Part shown: positions 11,648 through 23,154 of the stretch, piece after piece
How positions within the stretch are numbered: position 1 is the first letter of the stretch
Layout of the letters: each line of letters begins with the position of its first letter
NCBI GenBank assembly: GCA_963805625.1
Contig: CAWDVE010000010.1
Span: forward strand, 480,001 to 544,000
Reading direction: 5' to 3'
Source of the DNA: an uncultured Candidatus Rokubacteria bacterium
GTDB taxonomy: Bacteria; Methylomirabilota; Methylomirabilia; Rokubacteriales; DASRDR01
Length of the DNA stretch: 64,000 nt
Notes under the pieces: generated by a model
The model's database searches: none
What the model was told of the DNA's origin: nothing
What the model saw: the letters and a program-made list of their open reading frames with translations, nothing else
Position numbers and translations under genes: made by a program

Positions 11648-14600
11648 ATGACGACGCCAGGAATGCCGCCAGCGCAGGGCCTCTACGATCCTCGCCACGA
11701 GCACGACGCGTGCGGCGTCGGCTTCGTCGTGGATCTCAAGGGGCGCAAGTCTCACACGATCGTGACGCAGGCGCTGACCGTCCTGAAGAACCTCCTGCAC
11801 CGGGGCGCGTGCGGCTGCGAGCCGAACACGGGCGACGGGGCGGGTATCCTGATCCAGATGCCGGATCGGTTCCTCCGGCGTGAGTGCGCGCGTCTCGACA
11901 TTCCCCTGCCCGCCCCGGGCGAGTACGGGTGCGGTCTCGTGTTCCTGCCGCGCGAGACCGCGCAGCGCCACCGGGTCCAGGCGCTCCTCCACTCGGTCGT
12001 GGAGCACGAAGGCCAGCGTCTTCTCGGCTGGCGCGACGTCCCCACCGATGACGGGCTGCTCGGCGAGACGGCGCGCTCGGTGGAGCCCGTCATCAAGCAG
12101 GTCTTCGTGGGACAAGGCCCGGACGTCCGGGACCGGTCGCACTTCGAGCGGAAGCTCTACATCATCCGGAAGCTTTTCGAGAAGGCCGCCGCGGCGGCCG
12201 ACGTGCGCGAGCAGACGTTTGCCTATCTGCCGAGCCTCTCGTGCAGCACGCTGATCTACAAGGGCATGCTGAGCGCCGACCAGATCGAGTCCATGTACCC
12301 GGACGTGACGGATCCCGACGTCGAGTCCGCACTGGCGCTCGTGCACCAGCGGTTCAGCACCAACACGTTCCCGTCCTGGCCGCTCGCGCACCCGTACCGG
12401 TACGTCGCGCACAACGGGGAGATCAACACCCTCCGGGGCAACATCAACTGGATGCGCGCCCGGGAGGCGCTGTGCCGCTCCAGCGTGTTCGGTGACGAGC
12501 TGTGGAAGGTGCTGCCCGTCACGCGCGACGGGCTGTCGGACTCAGCCACCTTCGACAACGTCCTCGAGTTTCTGGTCATGAGCGGGCGTTCCCTGCCCCA
12601 CGCGATCCTGATGATGATCCCAGAGCCGTGGCAGAAGCACGAGTCGATGAGCGCGGACCGGCGGGCCTTCTACGAGTATCACTCCGCACTCATGGAGCCC
12701 TGGGACGGCCCGGCGTCGATCGCCTTCACCGACGGGACGGTGATCGGGGCGATCCTCGACCGGAACGGGCTCCGGCCGTCGCGCTACTACGTGATGAAGG
12801 ACGGCCTGGTCGTCATGGCCTCCGAGGTCGGCGTGCTGGACATCCCGCCGGAGGACGTGCTGATCAAGGAGCGCCTGCACCCAGGCCGGATCTTTCTGGT
12901 GGACACGGCGCGCGGCCGGATCGTCGACGACGAGGAGATCAAGGCCGAGCTCGCCGCGGAGCACCCCTACGCCGACTGGCTGCGCGAGAACCTCGTCCAG
13001 CTCGCCGACCTGCCCAAGCACAAGGCGCCCCCCGCCGATCACGACACGGTCCTCCAGCGGCAGATCGCGTTCGGATACACGCACGAGGACCTCCGGATCC
13101 TGATGGCACCTATGGCGAACAAGGGCGAGGAAGCGCTCGGCTCGATGGGCACCGACACCGCGCTCGCCGTCCTTTCGAACCGGCCGCGGCCGCTCTACGA
13201 CTACTTCAAGCAGCTGTTCGCCCAGGTCACGAACCCTCCCCTGGACCAGATCCGGGAAGAGCTCGTGACGTCGATGGAATCCACGATCGGCCCGGAGGGG
13301 AATCTCCTCGAGCCGCGGCCGGAGTCCTGCCGGCAGATCGTCATCCCCGACCCCGTGCTGTCGAACGGAGAGGTCGCCCGCATCCGCCACATGCAGCACC
13401 CCTGGTTCAAGGCAATGACGCTCCCCATGCTCTACCCGGTGGCCGAGGGAGCCGAGGGGCTCGCGCGGGCGCTGGAGGGGCTCCAGGCCCGGGCGAGCCA
13501 GGCGATCGCCGACGGGCACAACGTGCTCATCCTCTCCGACCGCGGGATCTCCCGCGAGCAGGCGGCCATCCCGAGCCTGCTCGCCACGGGGGCTGTCCAC
13601 CACCACCTCACACGGCGTGGCGAGCGTACCCGCGTGGGCCTCGTCCTCGAGACGGGGGACGCGCGCGAGGTGCACCACATGTGCCTGCTCATCGGGTACG
13701 GCGCCGGCGCCGTGAACCCCTGGGTGGCCTTCGAGACGCTGGATGACATGATCCGTCAGGGCCTCCTGCCGGGGATCGACCACAGGGCGGCCGTCAAGAA
13801 CTACATCAAGGCGCTGAACAAGGGGATCCTCAAGGTCATGGCCAAGATGGGGATCTCGGCACTGCAAAGCTACTGCGGGGCGCAGATCTTCGAGGCCATC
13901 GGCCTCGACAAGGACGTGGTCGACCGCTACTTCACGGGCACGCTCTCCCGGGTGAGCGGGATCGGCCTCGACGTCATCGCCGAGGAGGCGCGCCGCCGGC
14001 ACGAGCACGCGTTCCCGACCCGTCCGGTCGGCCCCGCGGAGCTCGACTGGGGCGGCGAATACCAGTGGCGTCGCGACGGCGAGTTCCACCTGTTCAATCC
14101 CGAGACGGTGTTCAAGCTCCAGCACGCGACGCGGAGCGGTCAGTACCAGATCTTCAAGGAGTACACCCGCGCCGTGGACGAGCAGAGCCGGAACCTGGCC
14201 ACGCTCCGAGGCCTGTTCGCCCTCAAGCCCGGCGAGGCGCCCGTGCCCCTCGACGAAGTGGAGCCGGTCGAGTCGATCCTCCGGCACTTCGCCACGGGCG
14301 CCATGTCCTACGGCTCGATCAGCCAGGAGGCCCACGAGACGCTCGCCATTGCGATGAACCGGATCGGCGGCAAGTCGAACACCGGTGAGGGTGGCGAGGA
14401 CTCCGCGCGGTACCGCCGCGAGGCGAACGGGGACTGGCGACGGAGCGCGATCCACCAGGTCGCGTCCGGACGCTTTGGCGTGACCAGCGAGTACCTCGTC
14501 AACTGCGACGACCTCCAGATCAAGATGGCCCAGGGGGCCAAGCCCGGCGAGGGCGGGCAGCTCCCGGGTCACAAGGTCTACCCCTGGATCGCCAAGGTCC

Positions 14601-16210
14601 GGCACTCGACGCCGGGCGTGGGCCTGATCTCGCCACCGCCGCATCACGACATCTACTCCATCGAGGATCTCAAGCAGCTGATCCACGACCTGAAGAACGC
14701 GAACCCGCGGGCGCGGATCCACGTGAAGCTCGTCGCCGAGGTCGGTGTCGGCACCGTGGCGGCGGGGGTGGCCAAGGCCTTCTCGGACGTGGTGCTGATC
14801 TCCGGCCACGACGGCGGGACGGGCGCGTCACCGCTCACGTCGATCAAGCACGGGGGTATCCCGTGGGAGCTCGGTCTCGCCGAGACGCAGCAGGTGCTCG
14901 TTCTCAACAAGCTGCGGGACCGCATCGTCGTCCAGGTGGACGGACAGCTCAAGACGGGGCGCGACGTGGTCATCGCCGCGCTGCTCGGCGCTGAGGAATT
15001 CGGGTTCGCCACCGCGCCGCTGGTCGTCCTGGGCTGCGTCATGATGCGCGTCTGCCACCTCAACACGTGCCCGGTGGGCATCGCGACCCAGGACCCCGAG
15101 CTGCGCAAGCGTTTCTCGGGTGCGCCGGAGTTCGTCACGACCTTCTTCCGGTTCATCGCCGAGGAGGTCCGCGAGCTGATGGCCGGGCTCGGCTTCCGGA
15201 CACTCGACGAGATGATCGGCCGCGTCGACCGCCTGGACGTGCGGGCGGCCATCGACCACTGGAAGGCGCGGGGCCTGGACTTCTCGGCGATCCTCCACCG
15301 CCCCGCCGTCGGGCCGGACGTCGCGATCCACCGGATCCGGCCGCAGGACCACGGGCTCGAGCGCTCGCTGGACGTGAGCACCATCGTGCCCCGATGCCGC
15401 CCGGCGCTCGAGTCCCGGACACCCGTCGACCTGCGCCTGCCCATCCGCAACGTGCACCGGACGGTGGGCACGATCCTCGGATACGAGGTGACCTCGCGGT
15501 ACGGCGCCGACGGTCTTCCCGACGACACCATCCGGATCCACTTCACGGGCTCGGCGGGCCAGAGCTTCGGAGCCTTCGTCCCCCGGGGGATCACGCTCGT
15601 CCTCGAGGGTGATGCGAACGACTATCTCGGCAAGGGGCTCTCGGGCGGCAAGATCATCGCCTTCCCGCCGCGCGCCGCGACCTTCGCGCCCCCGGACAAC
15701 ATCCTGGTCGGAAACGTCGTCCTGTACGGAGCGACGGGCGGCGAGGCGTACGTCCGCGGGGTCGCCGGCGAGCGCTTCGCCGTCCGGAACAGCGGCGCCC
15801 TGGCGGTGGTCGAGGGCGTCGGCGACCACGCGTGCGAGTACATGACGGGGGGCCGGGTGGTCGTCATCGGTCGGACGGGCCGGAACTTCGCCGCGGGGAT
15901 GTCCGGCGGGGTCGCCTACGTGCTCGACTCGGCGGGGGACTTCCGGCGCCGGTGCAACCTCGGCATGGTGGACGTCGAGCCGCTCGTCCAGGACGAGGAC
16001 GTCGAGGAGGTCCGGGAGCTCCTGCGACGCCACGTGCGCTACACGGAGAGCGCTGTCGGCGGGCAGATCCTGGCCGACTGGTCGGCCGCACAGCCGCGCT
16101 TCGTCAAAGTCATGCCGCGGGACTACAAGCGGGCTCTCGCCGCGATGCGCCGCGCCCGGGAGGAGGGCATCCCGTGGGAGCGGGCCGTCATGGAAGGGGC
16201 GCACGGCTAG
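11648..16210 (+). CDS. gltB: Glutamate synthase large subunit
   Basis: HDACGVGF N-terminal Cys, [43 protein letters not shown]-terminal domain. Confidence 0.97.
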   Translation: MTTPGMPPAQGLYDPRHEHDACGVGFVVDLKGRKSHTIVTQALTVLKNLLHRGACGCEPNTGDGAGILIQMPDRFLRRECARLDIPLPAPGEYGCGLVFLPRETAQRHRVQALLHSVVEHEGQRLLGWRDVPTDDGLLGETARSVEPVIKQVFVGQGPDVRDRSHFERKLYIIRKLFEKAAAAADVREQTFAYLPSLSCSTLIYKGMLSADQIESMYPDVTDPDVESALALVHQRFSTNTFPSWPLAHPYRYVAHNGEINTLRGNINWMRAREALCRSSVFGDELWKVLPVTRDGLSDSATFDNVLEFLVMSGRSLPHAILMMIPEPWQKHESMSADRRAFYEYHSALMEPWDGPASIAFTDGTVIGAILDRNGLRPSRYYVMKDGLVVMASEVGVLDIPPEDVLIKERLHPGRIFLVDTARGRIVDDEEIKAELAAEHPYADWLRENLVQLADLPKHKAPPADHDTVLQRQIAFGYTHEDLRILMAPMANKGEEALGSMGTDTALAVLSNRPRPLYDYFKQLFAQVTNPPLDQIREELVTSMESTIGPEGNLLEPRPESCRQIVIPDPVLSNGEVARIRHMQHPWFKAMTLPMLYPVAEGAEGLARALEGLQARASQAIADGHNVLILSDRGISREQAAIPSLLATGAVHHHLTRRGERTRVGLVLETGDAREVHHMCLLIGYGAGAVNPWVAFETLDDMIRQGLLPGIDHRAAVKNYIKALNKGILKVMAKMGISALQSYCGAQIFEAIGLDKDVVDRYFTGTLSRVSGIGLDVIAEEARRRHEHAFPTRPVGPAELDWGGEYQWRRDGEFHLFNPETVFKLQHATRSGQYQIFKEYTRAVDEQSRNLATLRGLFALKPGEAPVPLDEVEPVESILRHFATGAMSYGSISQEAHETLAIAMNRIGGKSNTGEGGEDSARYRREANGDWRRSAIHQVASGRFGVTSEYLVNCDDLQIKMAQGAKPGEGGQLPGHKVYPWIAKVRHSTPGVGLISPPPHHDIYSIEDLKQLIHDLKNANPRARIHVKLVAEVGVGTVAAGVAKAFSDVVLISGHDGGTGASPLTSIKHGGIPWELGLAETQQVLVLNKLRDRIVVQVDGQLKTGRDVVIAALLGAEEFGFATAPLVVLGCVMMRVCHLNTCPVGIATQDPELRKRFSGAPEFVTTFFRFIAEEVRELMAGLGFRTLDEMIGRVDRLDVRAAIDHWKARGLDFSAILHRPAVGPDVAIHRIRPQDHGLERSLDVSTIVPRCRPALESRTPVDLRLPIRNVHRTVGTILGYEVTSRYGADGLPDDTIRIHFTGSAGQSFGAFVPRGITLVLEGDANDYLGKGLSGGKIIAFPPRAATFAPPDNILVGNVVLYGATGGEAYVRGVAGERFAVRNSGALAVVEGVGDHACEYMTGGRVVVIGRTGRNFAAGMSGGVAYVLDSAGDFRRRCNLGMVDVEPLVQDEDVEEVRELLRRHVRYTESAVGGQILADWSAAQPRFVKVMPRDYKRALAAMRRAREEGIPWERAVMEGAHG

Positions 16211-16217
16211 GCGGGGA

Positions 16218-17666
16218 ATGGGCAAGGTCACCGGCTTCCTCGAGTTCACGCGCGACAAGCAGCCCTATCGGCCGGTCGCCGAGCGGCTGCGTGACTGGGG
16301 CCAGGTCCTGCTGCCCTGGCCGGTGCCGAAGCTCCAGAAGCAAGCGGCACGGTGCATGGACTGCGGCATTCCCTTCTGCCACCAGGGGTGTCCCCTCGGG
16401 AACCTGATCCCCGACTGGAACGACCTGGTCTACCGGGACGACTGGCGGGAGGCTATCGACCGCCTGCACGCGACGAACAACTTTCCGGAGTTCACCGGCA
16501 CGCTCTGCCCCGCTCCGTGCGAGGGTTCCTGCGTCCTCGGAATCAACGACGACCCGGTAACGATCAAGCCGATCGAGCTACAGATCGTCGATCGCGCGTT
16601 CGCCGAGGGCTGGATCGTTCCCGAGCCCCCAACCGTCCAGACCGGCAAGCGCGTCGCTGTGGTGGGGTCCGGTCCCGCTGGGCTCGCGGCGGCCCAGCAG
16701 CTCCGCCGCGCGGGCCACGATGTCACGGTGTTCGAGCGCGCGGACCGGATCGGGGGCCTGCTGCGCTACGGCATCCCCGAGTTCAAGATGGAGAAGCGCG
16801 TCCTCGACCGGCGTCTCGAGCAGATGCGAGCGGAGGGCGTCCGCTTCGTGACGAGGTCCGACGTGGGTGTCGACGTGGACCCCGAGCGTTTGCGCCAGGA
16901 GCAGGACGCGCTTCTCCTGGCTGGCGGCGCGGGGAACCCTCGGGATCTGCCCATCCCCGGGCGCGAGCTCGACGGCATCCACTTCGCGATGGAGTACCTC
17001 CCGCTCCAGAACCGGCGCTGCGAGGGCGACGTTCTCCCGGAGGGAGACTTCATCACGGCGCGGGACAAGCACGTGGTGATCCTCGGCGGCGGCGACACGG
17101 GCGCGGACTGCCTCGGCACGGTGCACCGCCAGGGTGCGCGCTCGGTCCATCAGATGGAGATCCTGCCGCGGCCGCCCGACCAGCGGGCGCCCGACAACCC
17201 GTGGCCCCAGTACCCGAACGTCTATCGGGTCTCCTCGGCTCACGAGGAGGGCGGGGAGCGCGTCTACGCGGTGTCAACCAAGCGCTTCCTCGGCGACGAT
17301 CGCGGGCGCGTCCGCGGTCTCGAGGCGATCCGGGTCGAGGTCGCTCGCGAGGCCGGCCGGCCGGTCTTCCAGGAGATCCCGGGCTCGGAGTTCACGCTGC
17401 CCTGCGAGCTGGTCCTCCTGGCCATGGGCTTCCTCGGCCCGGAGCGCCAGGGCCTGCTCGAGATGCTCGGCGTCCGCCTCACCGAGCGCGGCAACGTCTG
17501 GCGGGACGCGACCTGGATGACGAGCGTCCCCGGCGTGTTCACCGCCGGCGACATGCAGCGCGGGCAGTCGCTCATCGTCTGGGCGATCGCCGAGGGACGC
17601 AGCGCGGCGCGGGGCATCGACCAGTACCTGATGGGCCGCTCGGATCTCCCCGCACCCCTTCCCTAG
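16218..17666 (+). CDS. gltD: Glutamate synthase small subunit
   Basis: [48 protein letters not shown]. Confidence 0.96.
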   Translation: MGKVTGFLEFTRDKQPYRPVAERLRDWGQVLLPWPVPKLQKQAARCMDCGIPFCHQGCPLGNLIPDWNDLVYRDDWREAIDRLHATNNFPEFTGTLCPAPCEGSCVLGINDDPVTIKPIELQIVDRAFAEGWIVPEPPTVQTGKRVAVVGSGPAGLAAAQQLRRAGHDVTVFERADRIGGLLRYGIPEFKMEKRVLDRRLEQMRAEGVRFVTRSDVGVDVDPERLRQEQDALLLAGGAGNPRDLPIPGRELDGIHFAMEYLPLQNRRCEGDVLPEGDFITARDKHVVILGGGDTGADCLGTVHRQGARSVHQMEILPRPPDQRAPDNPWPQYPNVYRVSSAHEEGGERVYAVSTKRFLGDDRGRVRGLEAIRVEVAREAGRPVFQEIPGSEFTLPCELVLLAMGFLGPERQGLLEMLGVRLTERGNVWRDATWMTSVPGVFTAGDMQRGQSLIVWAIAEGRSAARGIDQYLMGRSDLPAPLP

Positions 17667-18087
17667 ACGTCCGCCGAGCCTCACGCAGAGGACGGCCGAT
17701 TCTTCTCGGTGAGCAAGCTGACGAGAACCCGTTCGCTCGAGTCGACGATCTTCGCCACACGTACCCACTCCGCCTGGCTCCTGTCGCGGCCGACGGGGTG
17801 GCCGTGTTGACCACGCTCAGTCCAGGATCCATGGTCACGCTCCACACGCTCCACTATCCCGCGCGAGTGCAGAGCCATCGGACCCGGCGACGCTGCGCGT
17901 CGAGAAGGAGCCGAGCCTCGGTAAGTAGCGGCTGCGGGGACTCTCAGCCGGAGACAAGACTAGATCTCGGCCCTGGGGTCCTTCCACTGCGCGCTTCGAT
18001 GCGAGCGACGCGTGCCGCTGCGGTGTGCGACGCGGCGGAGCTGTGGAGTGGCAATCGCGGCGGCCGCCCGCCCGTGTCCGGAGAGAC

Positions 18088-18798
18088 TCAGGAAGAGGTG
18101 CCGCGCCAGAGCACGTGCCCCACGAAGAAGGGGCCGAGCGTCTGGATGAACTCGGAGGTCTGCGCGGTGCGGCGCATTGTCTGGACGAGGTGCGAGAGGG
18201 GGTGCAGCTCCCGCCCGACGAGGCCGATCACGAAGTCGTTGTCGTGGGTGTCGAGCCCGTGGCAGGCGAGCCGGACGTCGTGCGCGAGGTCAGCCTCGCC
18301 GTAGGTGCGTCCCAGCGTGGCGTGCTCCTTGAGGATCGCTCCCTGCTCCTGGGGCGTGAGCCGCGCGAACGTTCCCGTCCGGCGGAGCGGATACCAGATC
18401 GCCCACGGCCACTCCGGGCCGAGGGCCGTCCGGCGCGGTCGTGCCAGCAGCCAGTCCTCGAGATCCGTCTCGAAGCCGCTCGAGTAGGTGCGCCCGAACA
18501 TGGTGAGCTCCGGCTTCCGCCGGAGACCCAGGAACGGCTCGGTCCCCAGGAGCTCCCGCCACCGGCCCACGAAGAACGCGGGATTCTCCGCGATGCCGAG
18601 AACGGCCACGCCGAGGGGATCGGCCGCGTCCGCATAGAGCACGCCCTCAACGCGGGCGCGCTCGAGCGCTCCGGTGAGCCGCTTCGGGTCATCGCAGTCG
18701 CCGAAGACCTGGAGCTGCATGTAGAGCCGGCGCGTCGAGGTCTGCCGGTTGGCCCCGTGCTCCCGGACGTCCACCGGGCTCCCCTCCGGTTGCGTCAT
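18088..18798 (-). CDS. chdC: Chlorite dismutase family / coproheme decarboxylase-like protein
   Basis: WYPLRR (YP motif), ILKEHATLGR (heme His), GLDTHDNDFVI, GPFFVG. Confidence 0.72.
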   Translation of the reverse strand: MTQPEGSPVDVREHGANRQTSTRRLYMQLQVFGDCDDPKRLTGALERARVEGVLYADAADPLGVAVLGIAENPAFFVGRWRELLGTEPFLGLRRKPELTMFGRTYSSGFETDLEDWLLARPRRTALGPEWPWAIWYPLRRTGTFARLTPQEQGAILKEHATLGRTYGEADLAHDVRLACHGLDTHDNDFVIGLVGRELHPLSHLVQTMRRTAQTSEFIQTLGPFFVGHVLWRGTSS

Positions 18799-18817
18799 GG
18801 CTCGCCCTCCGCCGCGG

Positions 18818-20536
18818 TCAAGTGGCCGATGCAGGCTCCGGCGACAGCCCCGCGCGCTGGTGCTCGCGGACCAGGCCGGCCTTCCGCACGCCGACGTCGA
18901 GGTGGTCCCACGGCAGCGCCTCGCCCAGCGGACGCTCGCGGTGCGTGTAGAACTCGGCGTCGCCGCTCCACTCGCGGAGCGCCGTCCGCCAGTCGCCCTC
19001 GAGGCGCGCGGCCTCCTCGAGGAAGTCCGCGACCCTGCGATCCCCGCGGGCCAGGAGCGCCTGGAGGAGCGCCTCGCGCGGGTTCTCGTGGAGGACTCGC
19101 ACGTTGTGGAGGCGCCGGACCCCGGCCTTGATGGTCCGGAGCTTGACCTCCAGCCGGTTCACCGGATCGAAGGGGGCCCACTGGAACGGCGTCCACGGCT
19201 TCGGCACGAAGGAGCTGATCGACAGCGTCAGTCGGCCGAACGGCTCGCCCTGCCCCGACGGCACGCGCAGCCGCTCGAGAAGCCGCGTCGCAAGGTCGGG
19301 GATGGCCTCGATGTCCTCGTCCGTCTCGGTCGGGAGGCCGATCATGAAGTAGCATTTGAGATTCGGGATGCCGTGGGCGCGGACCAGCTCGCAGGCCTCG
19401 TAGAGCTGCGCATCGGAGATGTCCTTCCGGATCACGTGGCGAAGCCGCTCCGTGCCCGCCTCGGGCGCCACCGTGAGCGTTCGGTGCCCGCCCCGGCGGA
19501 GCGACGAGACGAGCTCCTCGGTGAGACTGTCGGCGCGGATCGAGGAGATAGAGACCTCGAGTCCTTCCTCCTCGAGCACCTTCATCAGACCACCGATCCA
19601 CGGATAGTCGGAGACGCACGCCCCGACCAGCCCGACGCGGTTCGAGTCCTTCTTGATCTCGCGGACCGTCTCCCGGAGCGTCTCGAGGCTCCGGTGGCGG
19701 ACGGGCCGGTATATCTGTCCCTCGAGGCAGAACCGGCAGCCCCGCCCGCATCCCTTCCCAACCTCGAGGAGGGCGAGGTGCCCGTACTCCGCATTCGGCG
19801 TCCGGAGGAGCGACATCGTCCGAAAGTCGTCGACCTTCTTGAGACGCCGCTTGGTCACGATGGCCGGCACGCCGGGCTCGGGCCGCACGGCGGCGATCGT
19901 GCCGTCGTCCTGGTAGGAGACGGCGTAGCGCTGCGGGACGTAGATCCCGGGGATCGGCGCCAGGCGGTCCAGGAGGTCGTCGCGCCGGCGGGCGGCGAGC
20001 GGCACCGTGCCGAAGGCCTCTCGGTAGGCGGCGACGATCTCCCCGACGATCTCCTCGCCCTCACCGACCACCACGAAGTCCATGAACGGGGCCACCGGCT
20101 CCGGGTTCGCGAAGGCGCACACGCCGCCCATCAGAATGACAGGGTCCGCGGGCTGGCGGTCCTCGGGCCGGAGCGGGATGCCGGCCATCCGGAGCAGCCT
20201 GAGGGTGTTGATGTAGTCCCCTTCGTACGTGATCGAGAATCCGACCAGGTCGAACTGGGCGAGCGGTCGCTTGGACTCGAGCGAGAAGGGTCCGGTACCG
20301 GTTCGCTGGTACTCCGGGAGGTCCTCCGGGTCGGGCAGGAACACGCGCTCGCAGACGACGTCGGGCAGCTCGTTCAGATGGCGGTAGATGGTCTGGAACC
20401 CGAGATTCGACATCCCGACCGCATAGGTGTTCGGATACACCAGCGCGAACGCGACGCGGCCTCCCCAATCCTTCCGGATGGTGCCGGTCTCCTGCGAGAG
20501 GAGGCGGTCAGCTTTTTCCTTCAGACTCCACGACAT
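18818..20536 (-). CDS. Radical SAM protein (B12-binding-like N-terminus)
   Basis: YPNTYAVGMSNLG, GEGEE, CxxxCxxC (GCGRGCRFC), APEAGTERLR, FVPKPWTPFQ. Confidence 0.85.
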   Translation of the reverse strand: MSWSLKEKADRLLSQETGTIRKDWGGRVAFALVYPNTYAVGMSNLGFQTIYRHLNELPDVVCERVFLPDPEDLPEYQRTGTGPFSLESKRPLAQFDLVGFSITYEGDYINTLRLLRMAGIPLRPEDRQPADPVILMGGVCAFANPEPVAPFMDFVVVGEGEEIVGEIVAAYREAFGTVPLAARRRDDLLDRLAPIPGIYVPQRYAVSYQDDGTIAAVRPEPGVPAIVTKRRLKKVDDFRTMSLLRTPNAEYGHLALLEVGKGCGRGCRFCLEGQIYRPVRHRSLETLRETVREIKKDSNRVGLVGACVSDYPWIGGLMKVLEEEGLEVSISSIRADSLTEELVSSLRRGGHRTLTVAPEAGTERLRHVIRKDISDAQLYEACELVRAHGIPNLKCYFMIGLPTETDEDIEAIPDLATRLLERLRVPSGQGEPFGRLTLSISSFVPKPWTPFQWAPFDPVNRLEVKLRTIKAGVRRLHNVRVLHENPREALLQALLARGDRRVADFLEEAARLEGDWRTALREWSGDAEFYTHRERPLGEALPWDHLDVGVRKAGLVREHQRAGLSPEPASAT

Positions 20537-20590
20537 GCAGCTTCCAGCCTAACAGACGGTGGAAGAGGCGGCAAGGAAGGCCAGTCCGGA

Positions 20591-22086
20591 TGCTGTTGGT
20601 CCATAAGAATGTCATGGGCTAACTGTTCAGTGAGAGTGTCACCCCATGCCGACATGGGAGCCTCTCACGATGAGTCGCAAGGAAGTCCCGCGGCCCGGCC
20701 TGCTCAAGGCGGCCCTGGCCGGGAAGTTCACCAATGCCGAGGGAGCCGGGGCCTTGCACCTGAGCGTCCGGCAGTTCATCCGGGTCAAGCATCGCTTCCA
20801 GGCCGCCGGGGCGTCGGGCCTGTGCCACCGCCTGCGGGGGCGACCCTCCCCCGCCGGCTGCCGGCCGACGTCCGGGCGCGGGTGGCGGCGCTCCTGCAGA
20901 CCACCTACCTCGATGTCAATGACTGCCACGCCACGGAGAAGCTGCGCGAGGTCGAGGGCCTCCGCGTCAGCCGGGCCTCCGTGCGGCGGATCCGCCGCGC
21001 CCTGGACCTGCCGGCCAAGCATCGCCGCCGGCCCCGCCAGCACCGGGCTCGCCGGACCCCGGAAGCCCGCATGGGCGTCCTCGTCCAGCTCGACGGCAGC
21101 CCCCACGCGTGGCTCGAAGACCGGGGCCCCGCCCTGACCCTCCACGGCGCGATCGACGACGCCACCGGCACGGTCCTGGCCCTGCACTTTCGGCCGACCG
21201 AGGACCTGCACGGCTACGCCACCGTGCTCCAGCAAATCGGTCTGGCCTACGGCCTCCCGCTGACCCTGTACGGCGATCGTTTCGGCGTTTTCGTCCGCAA
21301 CGACCCGCACTGGACGCTCGCGGAAGAACTCCAAGGCCACCAGCACCCCACCCATTTCGGCCAGATCCTCCGAGACCTCGCCATCGGCTTCCTGGCGGCG
21401 GGCTCCCCCCAGGCCAAGGGGCGCATCGAACGGCTCTGGCGCACCCTGCAAGATCGCCTCGTCGTCGAGCTCCGCCTGCGCGGGATCGCGACCCGCGCGG
21501 CGGCCAACGCCTTCCTCCCTGAGTTCCTCGCCGATTACAATGGCCGCTTCGCTCATCCCCCCACCGACGCCCACGCCGCCTGGCGGCCGCGGCCGCGGGA
21601 CTTCGCCGACCAACTCAGCTGCCGCTACACCCGCGTCGTCGCCCCCGACAACACCGTCCGCCTGGGGACCCGCTGGGCCCAGATCCCCCCCGGTCCTTCC
21701 GGCCGCTCCTCCGCGGGCCGCCGTGTCGACCTCCGCGAGTGTGTCGACGGCCGGCTCCTTGTCGTCCGCGCCGGCGGGCGACTCGTCAGTCAGCCCTCGC
21801 CGGGGCCTGATTTCGTCCTCACGCCCCGCAGCAAGCCCCACGCGGAGCGCACGCGTCGCCTACGCGCCTCCAGGACTGCGTCGGAGGAGGGGGGCCGCCA
21901 TCAGAGTATTCCCCAGAAACCGCCTGCGCGCCCCTCGGCGCGCCGCCTCACCCCGACCACCCAGACGGCTCGCCCCGCCGCCACGCATCCCTGGCGCCGC
22001 TCACTCAACCTCCGTCGCCACACCCCTCACACAGGGGTGACATTCTCACGGAACAGTTAGGGTGACATTTTCACTGGACAGCTACA
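20591..22086 (+). mobile_element. IS1202-family (ISNCY/IS481-related) insertion sequence, 1496 bp
   Basis: Long imperfect terminal IRs with repeated sub-sites (left ...ctaactgttcagtgagagtgtcacccc; right ggggtgacattctcacggaacagttag...gctaca). Flanked by a 16-bp direct repeat GGAAGGCCAGTCCGGA at 20575-20590 and 22087-22102. Confidence 0.85.
20646..22060 (+). pseudogene. DDE transposase with a single frameshift at the C5 run 20848-20852
   Basis: HTH N-terminus (LHLSVRQFIRVK) in one frame. The DDE core (QLDGSPHAW, IDDATG, LYGDR, SPQAKGRIERLWRTLQDRL) is in the next frame. Confidence 0.8.
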
Positions 22087-22123
22087 GGAAGGCCAGTCCG
22101 GAAGGCCAGTCCGGGGTAGTATC

Positions 22124-22753
22124 TCAGTTTGATTCTTCGTGACACTCGCCGCGCCAGCCCTCTAGCCCCTCTCGGACGGCCAGCGGCACAATAGCGAGCG
22201 CCGCGAACGGATCGGCCCACCACCAGCCGAACGCCGCGTTGAGAATCAGTCCAGCCAGCGTGGTTAGTGAGAGCCAGGAGCACGTAATCGTCTCGTAGGC
22301 ATCAGCACGAAGCGCGCTGCTGCGGAGCGCGGCAGCCGTCCGCAGTTTGGCCCATCCGAGGAACGGCATGATCACGAGCGAGATCGCCGTGAGCGTGATG
22401 CCGATCCTACTCTGGTGGGCCTCAGCCCCGTAGCCCAGGAGCCGCCGTCCGGCGTCGATGATGATATAGGCCGAGAGCGCGAGCAAGAGCGCCCCGGCGA
22501 TACGACCGGCGCCGCGTTCCAGGTCCTCGGCGCGCTCGTGATCGACCGGGCCGTTGAGTTCCGCTCTGAGATGCCAGCCGACGACGGCACCGCTCACCGT
22601 CTCCACGAATGAATCGACGCCAAAGCCAATGAGCGCCACCGACGATGCCAGCGCGCCCGCGCTGACGGCGATGACGCCCTCAACGATGTTCCAGCCCACC
22701 GTCGCCCATGCTAGCCAGACGCCGCGCCCCAGAAGGTGTTTGCGGTCAGTCAA
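22124..22753 (-). CDS. Cation transporter (CDF transmembrane-only type)
   Basis: WNIVEGVIA, ALIGFGVDSFVE, ALRADA, WWWADP; 5-6 TM segments. Confidence 0.8.
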   Translation of the reverse strand: MTDRKHLLGRGVWLAWATVGWNIVEGVIAVSAGALASSVALIGFGVDSFVETVSGAVVGWHLRAELNGPVDHERAEDLERGAGRIAGALLLALSAYIIIDAGRRLLGYGAEAHQSRIGITLTAISLVIMPFLGWAKLRTAAALRSSALRADAYETITCSWLSLTTLAGLILNAAFGWWWADPFAALAIVPLAVREGLEGWRGECHEESN

Positions 22754-22799
22754 ACTGATACACCACCAGCCCGGGAAGCCGCGGGCTCACGCCAGTTTG

Positions 22800-23015
22800 T
22801 CACCCCTTCACGCCGCCGAGGGGCCAGAGGCGCGCGACGACCGGGAGAGCCTGGCCCGCGGCCTCCCTCAGCCGGGGGTGGTCCGGCGGGACAGCGCGCG
22901 TGGCGTCCTTCCGATGGAAGAGGAGGCGCTGGGTCCGGGTCTCCACCTCGTGCTCCTCCTCTTTGGCGATGTTGTGGGCCACGTCGTAGACGAGGCGCCG
23001 GCCCCGGGCCTGCAT
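22800..23015 (-). pseudogene. rtcB: RtcB RNA ligase internal fragment
   Basis: [14 protein letters not shown]...[14 protein letters not shown] matches the RtcB HNxAK and HRKGATR motifs; no N- or C-terminal parts. Confidence 0.7.
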
Positions 23016-23154
23016 GCCGGCCCTCGCGTCCTGGGGAATGCGCCAGAGATGGCCAGAGATGGGAGGAGGCCTGCTCGACCTACACGGAGAGTCTCGGGAT
23101 CACCCCGCCGCGCCCGGCAGCCGGGGCGAGGCGCTCGGGGCTGCTAGCCTAAGC

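Noticed and set aside
12542-16258. Long minus-strand ORFs (755 aa, 476 aa) opposite gltB, and similar antisense ORFs elsewhere
   Set aside because: Typical high-GC shadow frames with no motifs
17681-17878. 65-aa ORF in the gltD-chdC gap
   Set aside because: No RBS or motif support; cannot be distinguished from a chance ORF
18749-22060. 1103-aa plus-strand ORF
   Set aside because: It is the antisense shadow of the radical SAM gene running into the second frame of the transposase. Only the part after ~20850 is real.
23042-23061. GCCAGAGATG tandem duplication
   Set aside because: A two-copy 10-mer in decayed intergenic DNA, likely slippage
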